Shown: positions 1 through 10,200 of the stretch, in pieces | How positions within the stretch are numbered: position 1 is the first letter of the stretch | Layout of the letters: each line of letters starts with the position of its first letter | Made by a program: the position numbers and the translations under genes | Notes under the pieces: generated by a model | Databases searched by the model: none | What the model saw: the letters and a program-made list of their open reading frames with translations, nothing else | What the model was told of the DNA's origin: nothing | IMG/VR virus record: IMGVR_UViG_3300032304_000977 | Location: 64,001-128,000 of that record | DNA from: a virus | Lineage: Duplodnaviria; Heunggongvirae; Uroviricota; Caudoviricetes | DNA: 64,000 nucleotides | Direction: 5' to 3' (one strand)

Positions 1-154
1 TTAAGTTTGGATCACTGAAATTGTAAATAACAGTATTTGTGGTTACGTTTGTGATCAAGAGCAATTGCTCTCTTTTAACCGCTCTTCTAAGAGTGATTGT
101 TCTCGTAGCTGGGTTAAAAGTATAGTATTGATCAGGTAGGACATTTCTTGCCAT
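1..154 (-). CDS. Virion structural protein, N-terminal part (runs off the window start)
   Basis: Hand translation from ATG 154: MARNVLPDQYYTFNPATRTITLRRAVKREQLLLITNVTTNTVIYNFSDPNL; resembles the N-terminus of T4-like phage structural/fibre proteins; CTAAATA late-promoter-like motif just upstream. Confidence 0.7.
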   Translation of the reverse strand, partial: MARNVLPDQYYTFNPATRTITLRRAVKREQLLLITNVTTNTVIYNFSDPNL

Positions 155-203
155 GTTTAGTCTCCGTTGATTATTAGTAGTCCAATATCTTCTATTTAGT
201 TGT

Positions 204-677
204 TTATGAAAGCACTATTGGAATTGCTCTGAATATTTTTCGTATCTCAGTGCCACCATTGCTAACATAACTTCCTAACATTCTTCCATAAAATTTTTGA
301 GATCTTATTGGTGCGTCTTTAAATGTTATCGTATTACCAGAAATAGAATAACTTCCTTCTTCTTCTGTTTCAAATTCTTGTTGGAATACATAAGTTTCAT
401 ATATGTATTGCGAATTACCAAATGGTTCTTGTATTACACTCCCAAGCGATATCAAAAGAGCATGGGCGTTTGTTGGGTTGACTGCAACAGTATTCGCAGT
501 CAACGAAAAAGTCTTTGTGACACCATCAAACGATTTTGTAATATCATCTAATACAGTAACAGTCGACGCATCTTTTAAATTGATCCAGTTTTGATCAATT
601 TCAGCATTCGACAGGGGAGAACCCTTGGTCGTATCCCCTGTGTTACTTAGCTGTCTTAATGTTAGATTACCAGCCAC
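204..677 (-). CDS. Virion structural protein (tail/baseplate-associated)
   Basis: 157 aa; N-terminal TKGSPLSNAEIDQNW motif typical of phage tail-associated proteins; structural-module context. Confidence 0.6.
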   Translation of the reverse strand: MAGNLTLRQLSNTGDTTKGSPLSNAEIDQNWINLKDASTVTVLDDITKSFDGVTKTFSLTANTVAVNPTNAHALLISLGSVIQEPFGNSQYIYETYVFQQEFETEEEGSYSISGNTITFKDAPIRSQKFYGRMLGSYVSNGGTEIRKIFRAIPIVLS

Positions 678-692
678 AGTAAAACCCCTTTA

Positions 693-1160
693 TTAAGGCG
701 CATTAATTGTGATTGTCCAAGTAATCGCTAATGTGTCTGCTGGGTCTTTGTTAACAACAGCAAAAGTAGTACGACACAACATTGTGCCAGAAGAAGAAGC
801 ATTAAAAATACCTGCTTCTTGAATACCTTGGGATGTTGCTGGGTTAGATGGCAAGAAAGTACCAATGTATGTTACTACGTTATTTGTGTTTGACGCTGCT
901 GGCGAAAATGCAACACGTGTACCAACTTCTGAACCAAGAGCAGTATCACCTGCAGCTGCAGCAGTACCATTTACACCAATAGCCATATGCGTCATAGCAG
1001 CTGGTGAATTTGTTGTTGTTTTCAACATAGAAGCAGCAATAAATGTTTTTCCTGTGTCAACAACCAAATTCTTGATTTCTCTCTCGTCTTTGATTTTGCC
1101 TTCTGGGCTGATAACTTGAATCTTCAAGCGACCAACGGCAGCTAAGTCTTCGTAAATCAT
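693..1160 (-). CDS. Tail-fibre-associated structural protein
   Basis: 155 aa; NLVVDTGK...MTHMAIG...ALGSE...EAGIFNA...TMLCR...ITWTIT pattern common in phage tail proteins; TATAAATA late promoter upstream. Confidence 0.6.
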   Translation of the reverse strand: MIYEDLAAVGRLKIQVISPEGKIKDEREIKNLVVDTGKTFIAASMLKTTTNSPAAMTHMAIGVNGTAAAAGDTALGSEVGTRVAFSPAASNTNNVVTYIGTFLPSNPATSQGIQEAGIFNASSSGTMLCRTTFAVVNKDPADTLAITWTITINAP

Positions 1161-1208
1161 TCTCTTTTTCTCCTTAGATCTATGGTAGGAATCAAATTTC
1201 TACTGTTT

Positions 1209-1216
1209 TATTTATA
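1209..1216 (-). promoter_or_regulatory. T4-type late promoter (TATAAATA)
   Basis: Exact TATAAATA on the minus strand, upstream of ORF 693-1160. Confidence 0.7.
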
Positions 1217-1220
1217 AAAC

Positions 1221-4200
1221 TCAAAATGTTGAAGATGTAACGCTTTCTGAATAGTCTTCTGCAAAATATGTTTCAGAAGGCGCAGCGTATGCTCCAACAG
1301 CCGAAAATTTTCTTACAACACCAGCAGAAACTGCTGCTGGAGATTCGTTCAGTCCCTTTGTGAGACCAATCATAATATTTACTGGAACAACCATTCTCTC
1401 AGTTACATAGTCGTCCCAATATTGTGTCAAATCATTAAATGGAATTCTTATCTCTTCGAAATCATTCCAAATTGATGTTCTATAAGAACCAGCTCTTTTG
1501 TTGTATTGAATTGCTTTTGAATCAACTCCTCTAGCAACATCAAATTTATAATTTTCAAATTCACCAAACAACAATTGTCTTGGATCGAAACTTAAAATTT
1601 CGTTGAAATCTGTATATCGTAATTCAGAATTATCCCCAAGTGGTTTTGCTGTCGATTTTGGTGTTGTCTCAGGTGTATTTAGATTTTCTACCAAACCCTT
1701 CGTTGGCGATAGTGTCCTTACGTCAGGTATTTGTAAAATCTCTGATCTACCTTTGGTAAAAGATAGTACTCTACTATCAGCACTTCTTAAAAATTCAACA
1801 GTATAATCTGGATAGTTCTGAATTAAATCATTAAATGGATGCAACTCTAGATAGTCTGTCCAAACATCAGCAATTTTTTGACCAGCAACTTTTGTATATT
1901 GCATACTGTTAGTCATCGGCACTCCAACAGTATCAACTTTGGTCGCTGGCGAAAACTGTTTAGAAGGAGCAGAAACTGCAGATAAGTTTTCAACAGGAAG
2001 TCTATTTGCGTTAAACACACGAGTAAACAAATCAGAAGAAACAAGATACTCAAGTCTGTACTTAGAAGGTAACTGTTCTTCTAATTCTTCAAATATAATA
2101 TGCTCTAAGTATCTGTCGAATTTTGTTCTTGCGAATGCACTGTTATCTGATCCGATGGCACCATATGTTAATAGAGCAACATCGTACGTTCCTCTAATAA
2201 TTTCATATGTATCAATATACCTATTTACTGGATCAAATCCTGCTTGTTTTGTAAAGAATGCGCCTTTGGCGTCGGATGTTGTTACAGTATCTAATTTATA
2301 GTCTGGATATTGCGCATACAAATTCTCTTCATAATTACTGAAAAACGGTATATAAAGTGGATTATATCTTGTAAAGTCGTTTAGCGCAACATCACCAACA
2401 CCTTTAGATATATTCTTTATAAAAATCTCAGGTGTTTCAATATTTTCTACTGGTAGTTTACCATAGTTAAGAGCAAACTGTTCCCCAATACGGATAATTT
2501 CTGTGGTGTATGATTGATCAAATTGTTGTAATAAATCTCTATTGAAAAATAGGTCATCATCAAAATAATTAAGAATACTTTGAGTGCGTCCACCTTGTTT
2601 ATTAAACTGGTTTGCTCTTTGATCAACTATTTTACCAATATCTACTGTTGAATCTGAACCACGATAATAATACTGAGCCAATTCTAATGAGAAAAACAAC
2701 TCAGGAAAATCATTCCATGTTGTATAATATGAACCAACATCACCTGCAGCAAGTGTAACCGATTTTCCTAATGTTACTGATGCTGAAGTGTGGTCATTTG
2801 TTCCATACAATAAAGTAAATAATGGTCCACCATTTACTGATATTAAAGCAGAATCTGTGATTGTGATTGTATCTGAAAATGTACGTACGAAAGAAATAAG
2901 TTTCGTTACGAGGTCACCAGCTGTAGATGTTTCAGGTCTTGTTGTTGGTTGATATTGAACAAGCTCTTGATCGTATACTGTACCGAATGTCAATTCAGCA
3001 AAATCGCTCCAGAATGCAGCAACTGTTCTTACTGGTGCTTTGGTGAATGTTTTTGTTCTTACATCTGTCGCATTATAAAAATCTGTTTTAGACCCAGGAA
3101 CAAATCTAAGCAACAACTCTTCGTCCATAATTGGATTACCAAGTGCTCCAGATTCACCGATTGGTAATATTCCTAGGAAATCTCTAAAGAATGATCCATT
3201 TCTTGAATCACCACCAAATATCGATATTTCTTTTGAGAATGTTTCTGGAACTTGTAGAATTTCTGATGGGTTTTTGCCATACTGAAGTCTAGCATCATCC
3301 ATCACTCTGCTAATCTCAGTAGTTCCTACAGAACCCCAATCAAATAACATGTCCTCGTCAACTGCTGTACCGAATGTTAATTCGTTAAAGTCTCTCCATG
3401 TATACTGATAGAAGAATAATTGTCTTTGAAACGCACGAGCAACAGTTTCTCTAACTTGAACAAGTTCAGTTCTTCCTTCTGTGTATATTAATACACCACT
3501 TGGTCCAGAATGATAAAAATCTAATTCGTTGTAATCACGCCAAACATTAATTGAGTTATATCCTGCCGATAGTGCGTAATTAAATGTATCTACATCTGGT
3601 GCTGATGCTGTTTCTAAAGCAAATGGTTTTCTCAATACCTTTACATTAGGATCTGAAATAGCAACAGTGTCTCTGTTTACCTTAATACCACCAAGTGTAG
3701 CTCTAGATGAAACATCTAAAAGAGAAACTGTTTCTGGTTGCGACTTTGGTAAAAATTGAGCAAGATCTTGATCAAAAACACCAGCGCCAAATGTCAATCC
3801 AGCATAATCGTCAAAGAAACCTTGAGCATAATATCTTCTAGCAGTTTTTCCAATAAATTTACTACTTGAATCTGTATACGTTGCTCTATCGCCACTAGAG
3901 GTTTCTCTTAATGTAAACAACAATTCTTGACCCAGAACATTATGTCTGCTTAAAGATGGTGGACCAACTTCAGCTACATATGGACCTGTGTTACCGAATG
4001 TAATTGTAAAATTTTGTATAGATTCTGGATCGTCGATTGTACTATAAGTGAAATCAATAAAATCCGAAAGAACAACAGTTCTTGGCGCAGTTGGAGTTAC
4101 GGAAAAATTAGTAACTCCAATAATGGCACCCGATGATACTTGTATTTGAAATGTCGCAAACTGCCCATTTGGTAAACTTACTGTAAAGTTGTCATTGTTT

Positions 4201-6548
4201 GTATAACCAGTTCCACCCGATAAAACAACTACATTATAAGATGTTGTTGGAAACGATGTAACAAGAGTAACACTCAGTGATGCGCCATATCCACGAAGAT
4301 TGACATAGGTTTCTTGTGTATAAAATAAATCTGCGAAATCAAAGAACACTTTTGCTTTAATATCGCCAACTGTTCTCTGTAATAATTTTCCAGGAGAGTC
4401 GCTTCCTACAGCAGTATCTGCTGTTGATCTTACATACGAAACAGTTTTAGTAAAGATATCTCTACATTGTATCAACTCATGATCTAATTGATATGGAACT
4501 CTCCAAAATTCTTGAGCCAATTCCTGATCTATATCAAGACCAAACGACAATTCATTAAAATCTGTCCATGTCGCATCATAAAAATATGTAAATGGACCGA
4601 TTCTTTTTCCAACTGTTTTTGGTGCAGCATCAGCTGTCTTAATTATCTCTGTTCTAAGATCACCATAATATTGTGCTAGTTCGTAAAAAATTCTAAGATC
4701 ATTAAAATCTTCCCATACGCTGTAGCGACTAGCGTCTCCTGCTGCTTTTGTGTACTGTAATGTATCTACATCTGTTCCTCTAGCAGTATCTGCAAAAGAG
4801 CGAACAAACGAAACAAGTTTAGCAAAACTATCAGTAACACTTTGTGTGTCAACTGGTGGGAATGCCTCTGGATTTATAATGGCGCTGAAATATAAACTCT
4901 CAGCAACTCTAACATAATCTGCTAATATTTTCGTAAAATATTTCGCAGTGCTAGAAACGCCAAGAGCAATATCAGTAGTGTGCGCTTTGGCAAGAGTTTT
5001 TGTTAATGTCTGAACAGCTGCAGCTGTGTCATTTGGTTGTCTAATAAATGTGACAACCTTACTGAATGCATCTGTTGCTGTTTGTGTATCATTGAATGTT
5101 CTTGAAAACGTAAGAACTTTCGTTATTGTGTCAGACGCAACTTGCGTTTCAGTAAATGATCTAATAAATGATGTTGTTTTGCTAAAATTATCTGAGGCAG
5201 TTGGTACCTCAAAAAACGCACGATTGTATTGTTTAATTGTTGAAATGATATCTGCAGTATCAACAGTATTTGCGCCAGAGTTGAAACTGCGAACAAACCC
5301 AACAATCTTTGTAAATGTATCTAATGCATTGTTAGTGTCAGAACGATTGGATCCAAAAGATCTTGTTGAATTATCATTGGTCGTTACTGGTTGATTTGTT
5401 GTTGGTCTTTGGAATTGTTTGGAACTAGAATCTGATCCTCTTGCAGTATCAGAATATGTTCTGATAAACGACGCAACTCTACTAAATGAATCAGATGCTT
5501 GTTGAATTTCATCAAATTGTCTACCAAACGAAACAATTCTTGTAACTGCATCGGTTGCTCTTGATTGATCAGATCTTGGTTTAGATATTGCTCTTTGCGT
5601 TAAAGAGGAAGCTCTAGCGACATCATTAATAAATCTAATAAACGAAACAACTTTACTTAATTGATCAGCGATAGAAGAAATACTCAACTCAGAATTACTG
5701 AATGATAAAATTCCCATTTCACCAATGAATTGATCAGAAGCAAGAATAAAATCTTCAATCCTCTTAGTGAATATGAATGATCTACTATCAGCGCTTTCCA
5801 CCAACTCAGATACTGCTTTATTAAACGAAATAAAGTCTGAATCGCTCAGACCATATGTATCTCCAAAAGGTTTAGATGATAATTTGGAAAACAAATCCGA
5901 AGATACAGTAGAATCCGATTTTGCTTTTGTTACATAAAACTGTTTTATATCAGAAGTTGAGACTATATCTGATGTTTCTCTTATAAACGAAACAACCTTT
6001 GTAATGTTTTCTGAAAGCCCAAATGTATCAGAAAAGTTTTTACCAACAGAAATAATTTTTGAGTCTGAAGAACCAGAAGTTTCTGTAAATGGTGCTTTAG
6101 AAATAGTTTTCGCTGATTGATCAAACGAAGCGATTGTATCAGTATATGTTCTGTGATATTGAACAACACGAATTAATACTTCGTTTAATGTGCAAAGATC
6201 GTTATATGCTTTCCCTAATGTTATTGCTGTAATGCTATCGCCAATATGAACTGTATCAATTGCAGCTTTTGTGGCTTTGAGGGTTGCGCTGTCGATAACA
6301 ATTCCTGTTTCGACCAACGTAAGAAGTCTGTTAACAATATCGTAAGCAACTCGAACAGCACCTGCGCCAACTCTTGCATTTGCCATGGCTGCGCGAACAG
6401 CTGCAGCTGGCATAGCAACTGCCTTTTGTACTGTTTGTCTGAGATTTTGGGAAGATAGTCCCTTGGCTTCCGAACGAGATGTAGCCGTAACCTTGTTAGG
6501 TGTACTGCTTATCTTGTTTGATTTATCGGAACCCTTGGCATTTGACAT
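1221..6548 (-). CDS. Very large repeat-rich virion structural protein (1775 aa)
   Basis: Intact ORF in the structural module; tandem SD-x-F-x-K-xxx-F-x-R repeats followed by W-x-D-F-x-E-L repeats. Confidence 0.6.
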   Translation of the reverse strand: MSNAKGSDKSNKISSTPNKVTATSRSEAKGLSSQNLRQTVQKAVAMPAAAVRAAMANARVGAGAVRVAYDIVNRLLTLVETGIVIDSATLKATKAAIDTVHIGDSITAITLGKAYNDLCTLNEVLIRVVQYHRTYTDTIASFDQSAKTISKAPFTETSGSSDSKIISVGKNFSDTFGLSENITKVVSFIRETSDIVSTSDIKQFYVTKAKSDSTVSSDLFSKLSSKPFGDTYGLSDSDFISFNKAVSELVESADSRSFIFTKRIEDFILASDQFIGEMGILSFSNSELSISSIADQLSKVVSFIRFINDVARASSLTQRAISKPRSDQSRATDAVTRIVSFGRQFDEIQQASDSFSRVASFIRTYSDTARGSDSSSKQFQRPTTNQPVTTNDNSTRSFGSNRSDTNNALDTFTKIVGFVRSFNSGANTVDTADIISTIKQYNRAFFEVPTASDNFSKTTSFIRSFTETQVASDTITKVLTFSRTFNDTQTATDAFSKVVTFIRQPNDTAAAVQTLTKTLAKAHTTDIALGVSSTAKYFTKILADYVRVAESLYFSAIINPEAFPPVDTQSVTDSFAKLVSFVRSFADTARGTDVDTLQYTKAAGDASRYSVWEDFNDLRIFYELAQYYGDLRTEIIKTADAAPKTVGKRIGPFTYFYDATWTDFNELSFGLDIDQELAQEFWRVPYQLDHELIQCRDIFTKTVSYVRSTADTAVGSDSPGKLLQRTVGDIKAKVFFDFADLFYTQETYVNLRGYGASLSVTLVTSFPTTSYNVVVLSGGTGYTNNDNFTVSLPNGQFATFQIQVSSGAIIGVTNFSVTPTAPRTVVLSDFIDFTYSTIDDPESIQNFTITFGNTGPYVAEVGPPSLSRHNVLGQELLFTLRETSSGDRATYTDSSSKFIGKTARRYYAQGFFDDYAGLTFGAGVFDQDLAQFLPKSQPETVSLLDVSSRATLGGIKVNRDTVAISDPNVKVLRKPFALETASAPDVDTFNYALSAGYNSINVWRDYNELDFYHSGPSGVLIYTEGRTELVQVRETVARAFQRQLFFYQYTWRDFNELTFGTAVDEDMLFDWGSVGTTEISRVMDDARLQYGKNPSEILQVPETFSKEISIFGGDSRNGSFFRDFLGILPIGESGALGNPIMDEELLLRFVPGSKTDFYNATDVRTKTFTKAPVRTVAAFWSDFAELTFGTVYDQELVQYQPTTRPETSTAGDLVTKLISFVRTFSDTITITDSALISVNGGPLFTLLYGTNDHTSASVTLGKSVTLAAGDVGSYYTTWNDFPELFFSLELAQYYYRGSDSTVDIGKIVDQRANQFNKQGGRTQSILNYFDDDLFFNRDLLQQFDQSYTTEIIRIGEQFALNYGKLPVENIETPEIFIKNISKGVGDVALNDFTRYNPLYIPFFSNYEENLYAQYPDYKLDTVTTSDAKGAFFTKQAGFDPVNRYIDTYEIIRGTYDVALLTYGAIGSDNSAFARTKFDRYLEHIIFEELEEQLPSKYRLEYLVSSDLFTRVFNANRLPVENLSAVSAPSKQFSPATKVDTVGVPMTNSMQYTKVAGQKIADVWTDYLELHPFNDLIQNYPDYTVEFLRSADSRVLSFTKGRSEILQIPDVRTLSPTKGLVENLNTPETTPKSTAKPLGDNSELRYTDFNEILSFDPRQLLFGEFENYKFDVARGVDSKAIQYNKRAGSYRTSIWNDFEEIRIPFNDLTQYWDDYVTERMVVPVNIMIGLTKGLNESPAAVSAGVVRKFSAVGAYAAPSETYFAEDYSESVTSSTF

Positions 6549-6650
6549 TTTTATTTGACATTAATTAATAGATACTGTAAAATAACAGTGTTGGTGTTTG
6601 ATCTAGTAAAGTTATTTATTTACAACACCATTCTGATTAATTAATGGGCA

Positions 6651-6989
6651 TCAAACTTGAGTAATCTGTGGGGATACAATAACAATACCTTCGACTGGTC
6701 TTGTTCTATATGTCTGAGCATCAACCATTTCGATGTCGTAAAGGTATCTTCCTGCCTTCAAAGCTCCAGTTTGATTCGCAGTTAGATTAAGAATTACTTG
6801 TCCTATTGATGGATTTGGAACAGTAATTGTAAAAGTTGTAGCTGTAGAAGATGCATATGATTTTCTCATTTGAGCTGTAAATGAATACCCTGTCAAATTT
6901 AATGGTGTTATTCCATTATCTGCATACAATGTGATCCCTGTGGAGAAATCTGCTCCTTGGTCGATGTATAATGCTTGTACTAGTGCCAT
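6651..6989 (-). CDS. Small virion structural protein (BppU N-terminal-like Ig fold)
   Basis: 112 aa; IDQGADF...LNLTGY...AQMRKSY...GRYLYDIE...EGIVIVSP pattern known from T4-like cyanophage structural proteins. Confidence 0.7.
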   Translation of the reverse strand: MALVQALYIDQGADFSTGITLYADNGITPLNLTGYSFTAQMRKSYASSTATTFTITVPNPSIGQVILNLTANQTGALKAGRYLYDIEMVDAQTYRTRPVEGIVIVSPQITQV

Positions 6990-7220
6990 TTACTTTTTCT
7001 CTATTAGATATTTGATCAATTGTTTTATTTCTTTAATATCTTCTTTGATATTATCAACTTCTTGTTCCATAGTCAGAATCTGTTCCCTTTTTGCAGCATT
7101 TAATGCAGCTTGGGCAAGGTACTGTTCGTACCCTGCTTTGTCTGTGTTTATAACTACACCAGATACTAAGTCTTTTTGTAAATTAGAAAATCCCTCAACT
7201 TTGACAAAATTGTCATTCAT
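6990..7220 (-). CDS. Small conserved coiled-coil hypothetical protein
   Basis: 76 aa; C-terminal coiled coil; sits between structural genes. Confidence 0.65.
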   Translation of the reverse strand: MNDNFVKVEGFSNLQKDLVSGVVINTDKAGYEQYLAQAALNAAKREQILTMEQEVDNIKEDIKEIKQLIKYLIEKK

Positions 7221-7232
7221 ATTAACACCTAT

Positions 7233-10200
7233 TTATGCAGTTGCAATAACTCTCAAGTCTTTAACTTGCGGAACAAAAGCAGGATTTCTAGATCTCATAA
7301 CAATCTTAATCACAGCTGTATTAAATGGTGGTAAGTTATCTGCGGTAAACGAATGATCAATAAACTGATTTGGATTATCTGTTGTTGTTAATTGTCCTTT
7401 ACCCGTTGCTAGAGGATTGCTACCACCATAGTTTGTTTGATCAGCATTAAGTGAAACATCAGGAATAATTCTGATATACAAATCATCATCAATTGACGCT
7501 TGATCTTTTTGGTTCACATCAGTAAGCGTATGAGTTTCTGTTACAGCTGTAGCAGTAATATTAATTGGACTAAATCCAACAGTTGCTCTACCTATTTCAA
7601 TAGCATTCTGATATGTAGTTGCCAATTTAATCGATGTTGTTGTAATTGCAACAGCATAATAAACAGTTCCTGTTCTCAATCCACCAATTGCATTTGCTCC
7701 TGCATTATACAATACAGCAGAACCAGTATTAAAGTTATGAGCAACTGGGAAATATATGATATCATTTGTGCTGTCTACTGCATAAGGATTCGATACTGAA
7801 TTATACTCAGATGATGTAAATTGTAAAGCAGCAGCAGAGGTAGAATTTCCTGTGTTAGAAACTTTTGCATATACTTCTAATTCAGAATTTGGTGGTGAAG
7901 TAAATGTCAACAAGTTTGTTTGTACACGAGAAGACAATGTAGGATCAACAGCTGATGTTACTGCTTGATTCAACTTAATAACAGGATTAAAGAATGTTAC
8001 TACGTTGTTGTTTCCGTTAAAGAAGAACGAGTTAGTGAAACCAACAACTGAAAACTCATCCAACGCACTTAGTTTTTCAAGAACAACACTCTTATTGTCC
8101 ACATTTACACGAAGAACACGTCTAATGGAAGCTGGTCCAAAAACAAACGAACCATCATTTGTGTTATAGAATTTTAAGTAAGCATATAAACCTTGTTTAA
8201 TATCAGACAAATTATCTAAGAAAATTGTCATGTTATTAGTTGAAGGGTCAATACCACCAATGTTTGTATTTGTTAATGTAACTGGATTTAACGCAGAAGC
8301 CTGAACGAATGCGCCTGTAGCATAAGAACCTACACGTTTTGTAAAATATGTGTTTTTAGGTGCTGAGGTTACAAAGGTTCCAGTTGGTATCGGTGTTCCA
8401 CCACCACTTGTTCCATTATATGTCACATAGTCACCAACGTCAATCTGCTTAGTCTTATCTTGCTGCGATATATCAAATGCAGTAAAATAATAAACAGAAC
8501 CTTGCGTAGACGATGGAATGGCTGCTTTCAACGATTTATCTATTGTGACGTTCGTTGATGCGATACCATTAACACGTGTCCCCTCTTGCAATCCTGGACC
8601 ATAGATATACATACCATCAACAATACCAGTAACAGCTTGGAAACCAAGAACTGTTGTTCCGATTGGATATGTAGTAGAAACCAATGTTCTCTGATTAACA
8701 ATAGTTGGGTGTTCAGAAACTCTTGAACCAGATTGGAATTTTACTGGCAGCGATACTGTTGGAGTTGATTTGTCGACACCTGTGTTAGAAGGAATTGAAG
8801 CTGCAAGTTGAACTTTCAACAGTTTAGATGTATTCTTAAATTGAAGTTTTCTTGTTATATATCCAACCTGCGCACTTCCTTGTCTATTGTCGTATTCGGA
8901 AGTATATATTTCTGTGCCATCAAATCCAGCAGATGCTGAGAAGTAATTAGAATTAATACTTTTCGTTGATACTGGATCATCAATTCTATTTTGTGTGACG
9001 ATAGCCATCGTTCTGTCAAGATCGATTACTGGCGATAAGAATTTACTTGATGATGAAAGTTGCAATCTCAACTCAAAAGAAGAATCTTTATCCAATAGAA
9101 TGTTTTCGTTCGCTTTATTTAGAATTACTCTTTGAGTATTGAAATAATTATTGTCATTCAATACAACATTTGTCCAAGAAGTATCTTTAACGTGTGGAGT
9201 TTCAGATCCATGTGGGCTTCTTCCTGATGTTGTTTTTACTTGCCCTACAACTTCAGTTGCTTTAAAATTGATTAGAGAAACTGCTGGATGTAGAACAGTA
9301 AACATCGCATTTCTTGTTGCAACAATTTGATCGCCACCGAAATTGCCAGAAGCAGAAGCAAGAACAAATGCATTATTTGATGTAACTCTAATACTGTATA
9401 AGTCGTGGCTATACACTTTTAGAACTTGGTATTGAATTGCATTACCTGTTGGAATAAATGTTGATGTTCTAATATCAAATTGTTCTGGAATAAATGTTTG
9501 GCTGTTAAATAGAATGTTGTCGAATCCATAGTTTTCGCCACCAGTGACGTTTCTATATGAAACATATGCGCCAACAGACATACCATGATTTGGGTGCTTA
9601 ACAATAACCTCGCTTTTACCAGAAGTAACACGGAAAGGATTTAATGCAAGAGCGGTTTGTTTTGTTGCTCTCGCAGCATTACTTACTGTTTCAACATCAT
9701 CTGTTCTTAGAGAAAGATAATTTAATCCTGTTGTGGTTCCAATCAATGCAGCAGTTCCTGTAGCACCTGCTGTAGATGTTGTATTAAACACTGCTCTGTA
9801 AATATTCATCTTTAATGTTTGTAATGGAGCTGGTGTCCATGTCGTCGAGTTTTGCGACTTAAACATACTTCCCATAGTAGGTATTTTTATTACTTTACCT
9901 AATTTTACTGGACTTACATCAGTTTTTTCTAATGTAGCAGTAAACATTTTATATTGTGGACTTGCTGTTGTTATTGATACTGCATATTCCGTACCATTTC
10001 TTACATGGATTGGAGCAGGAAATCTTATTTGCGTTCCAATACTAGCGTCTTTACTAGTGTTGATTTGTGAAGGATATACAACTTTTTGAGCAAATGGTAA
10101 TATGTTTCTTGTTGGGAAACCATTTTCAGTTGTTCTTACTTCAACAATCACTGGAAGGATCGCGTCTTTTGTTTCAAAAAAGACCTCAACTTCTGTGAGG

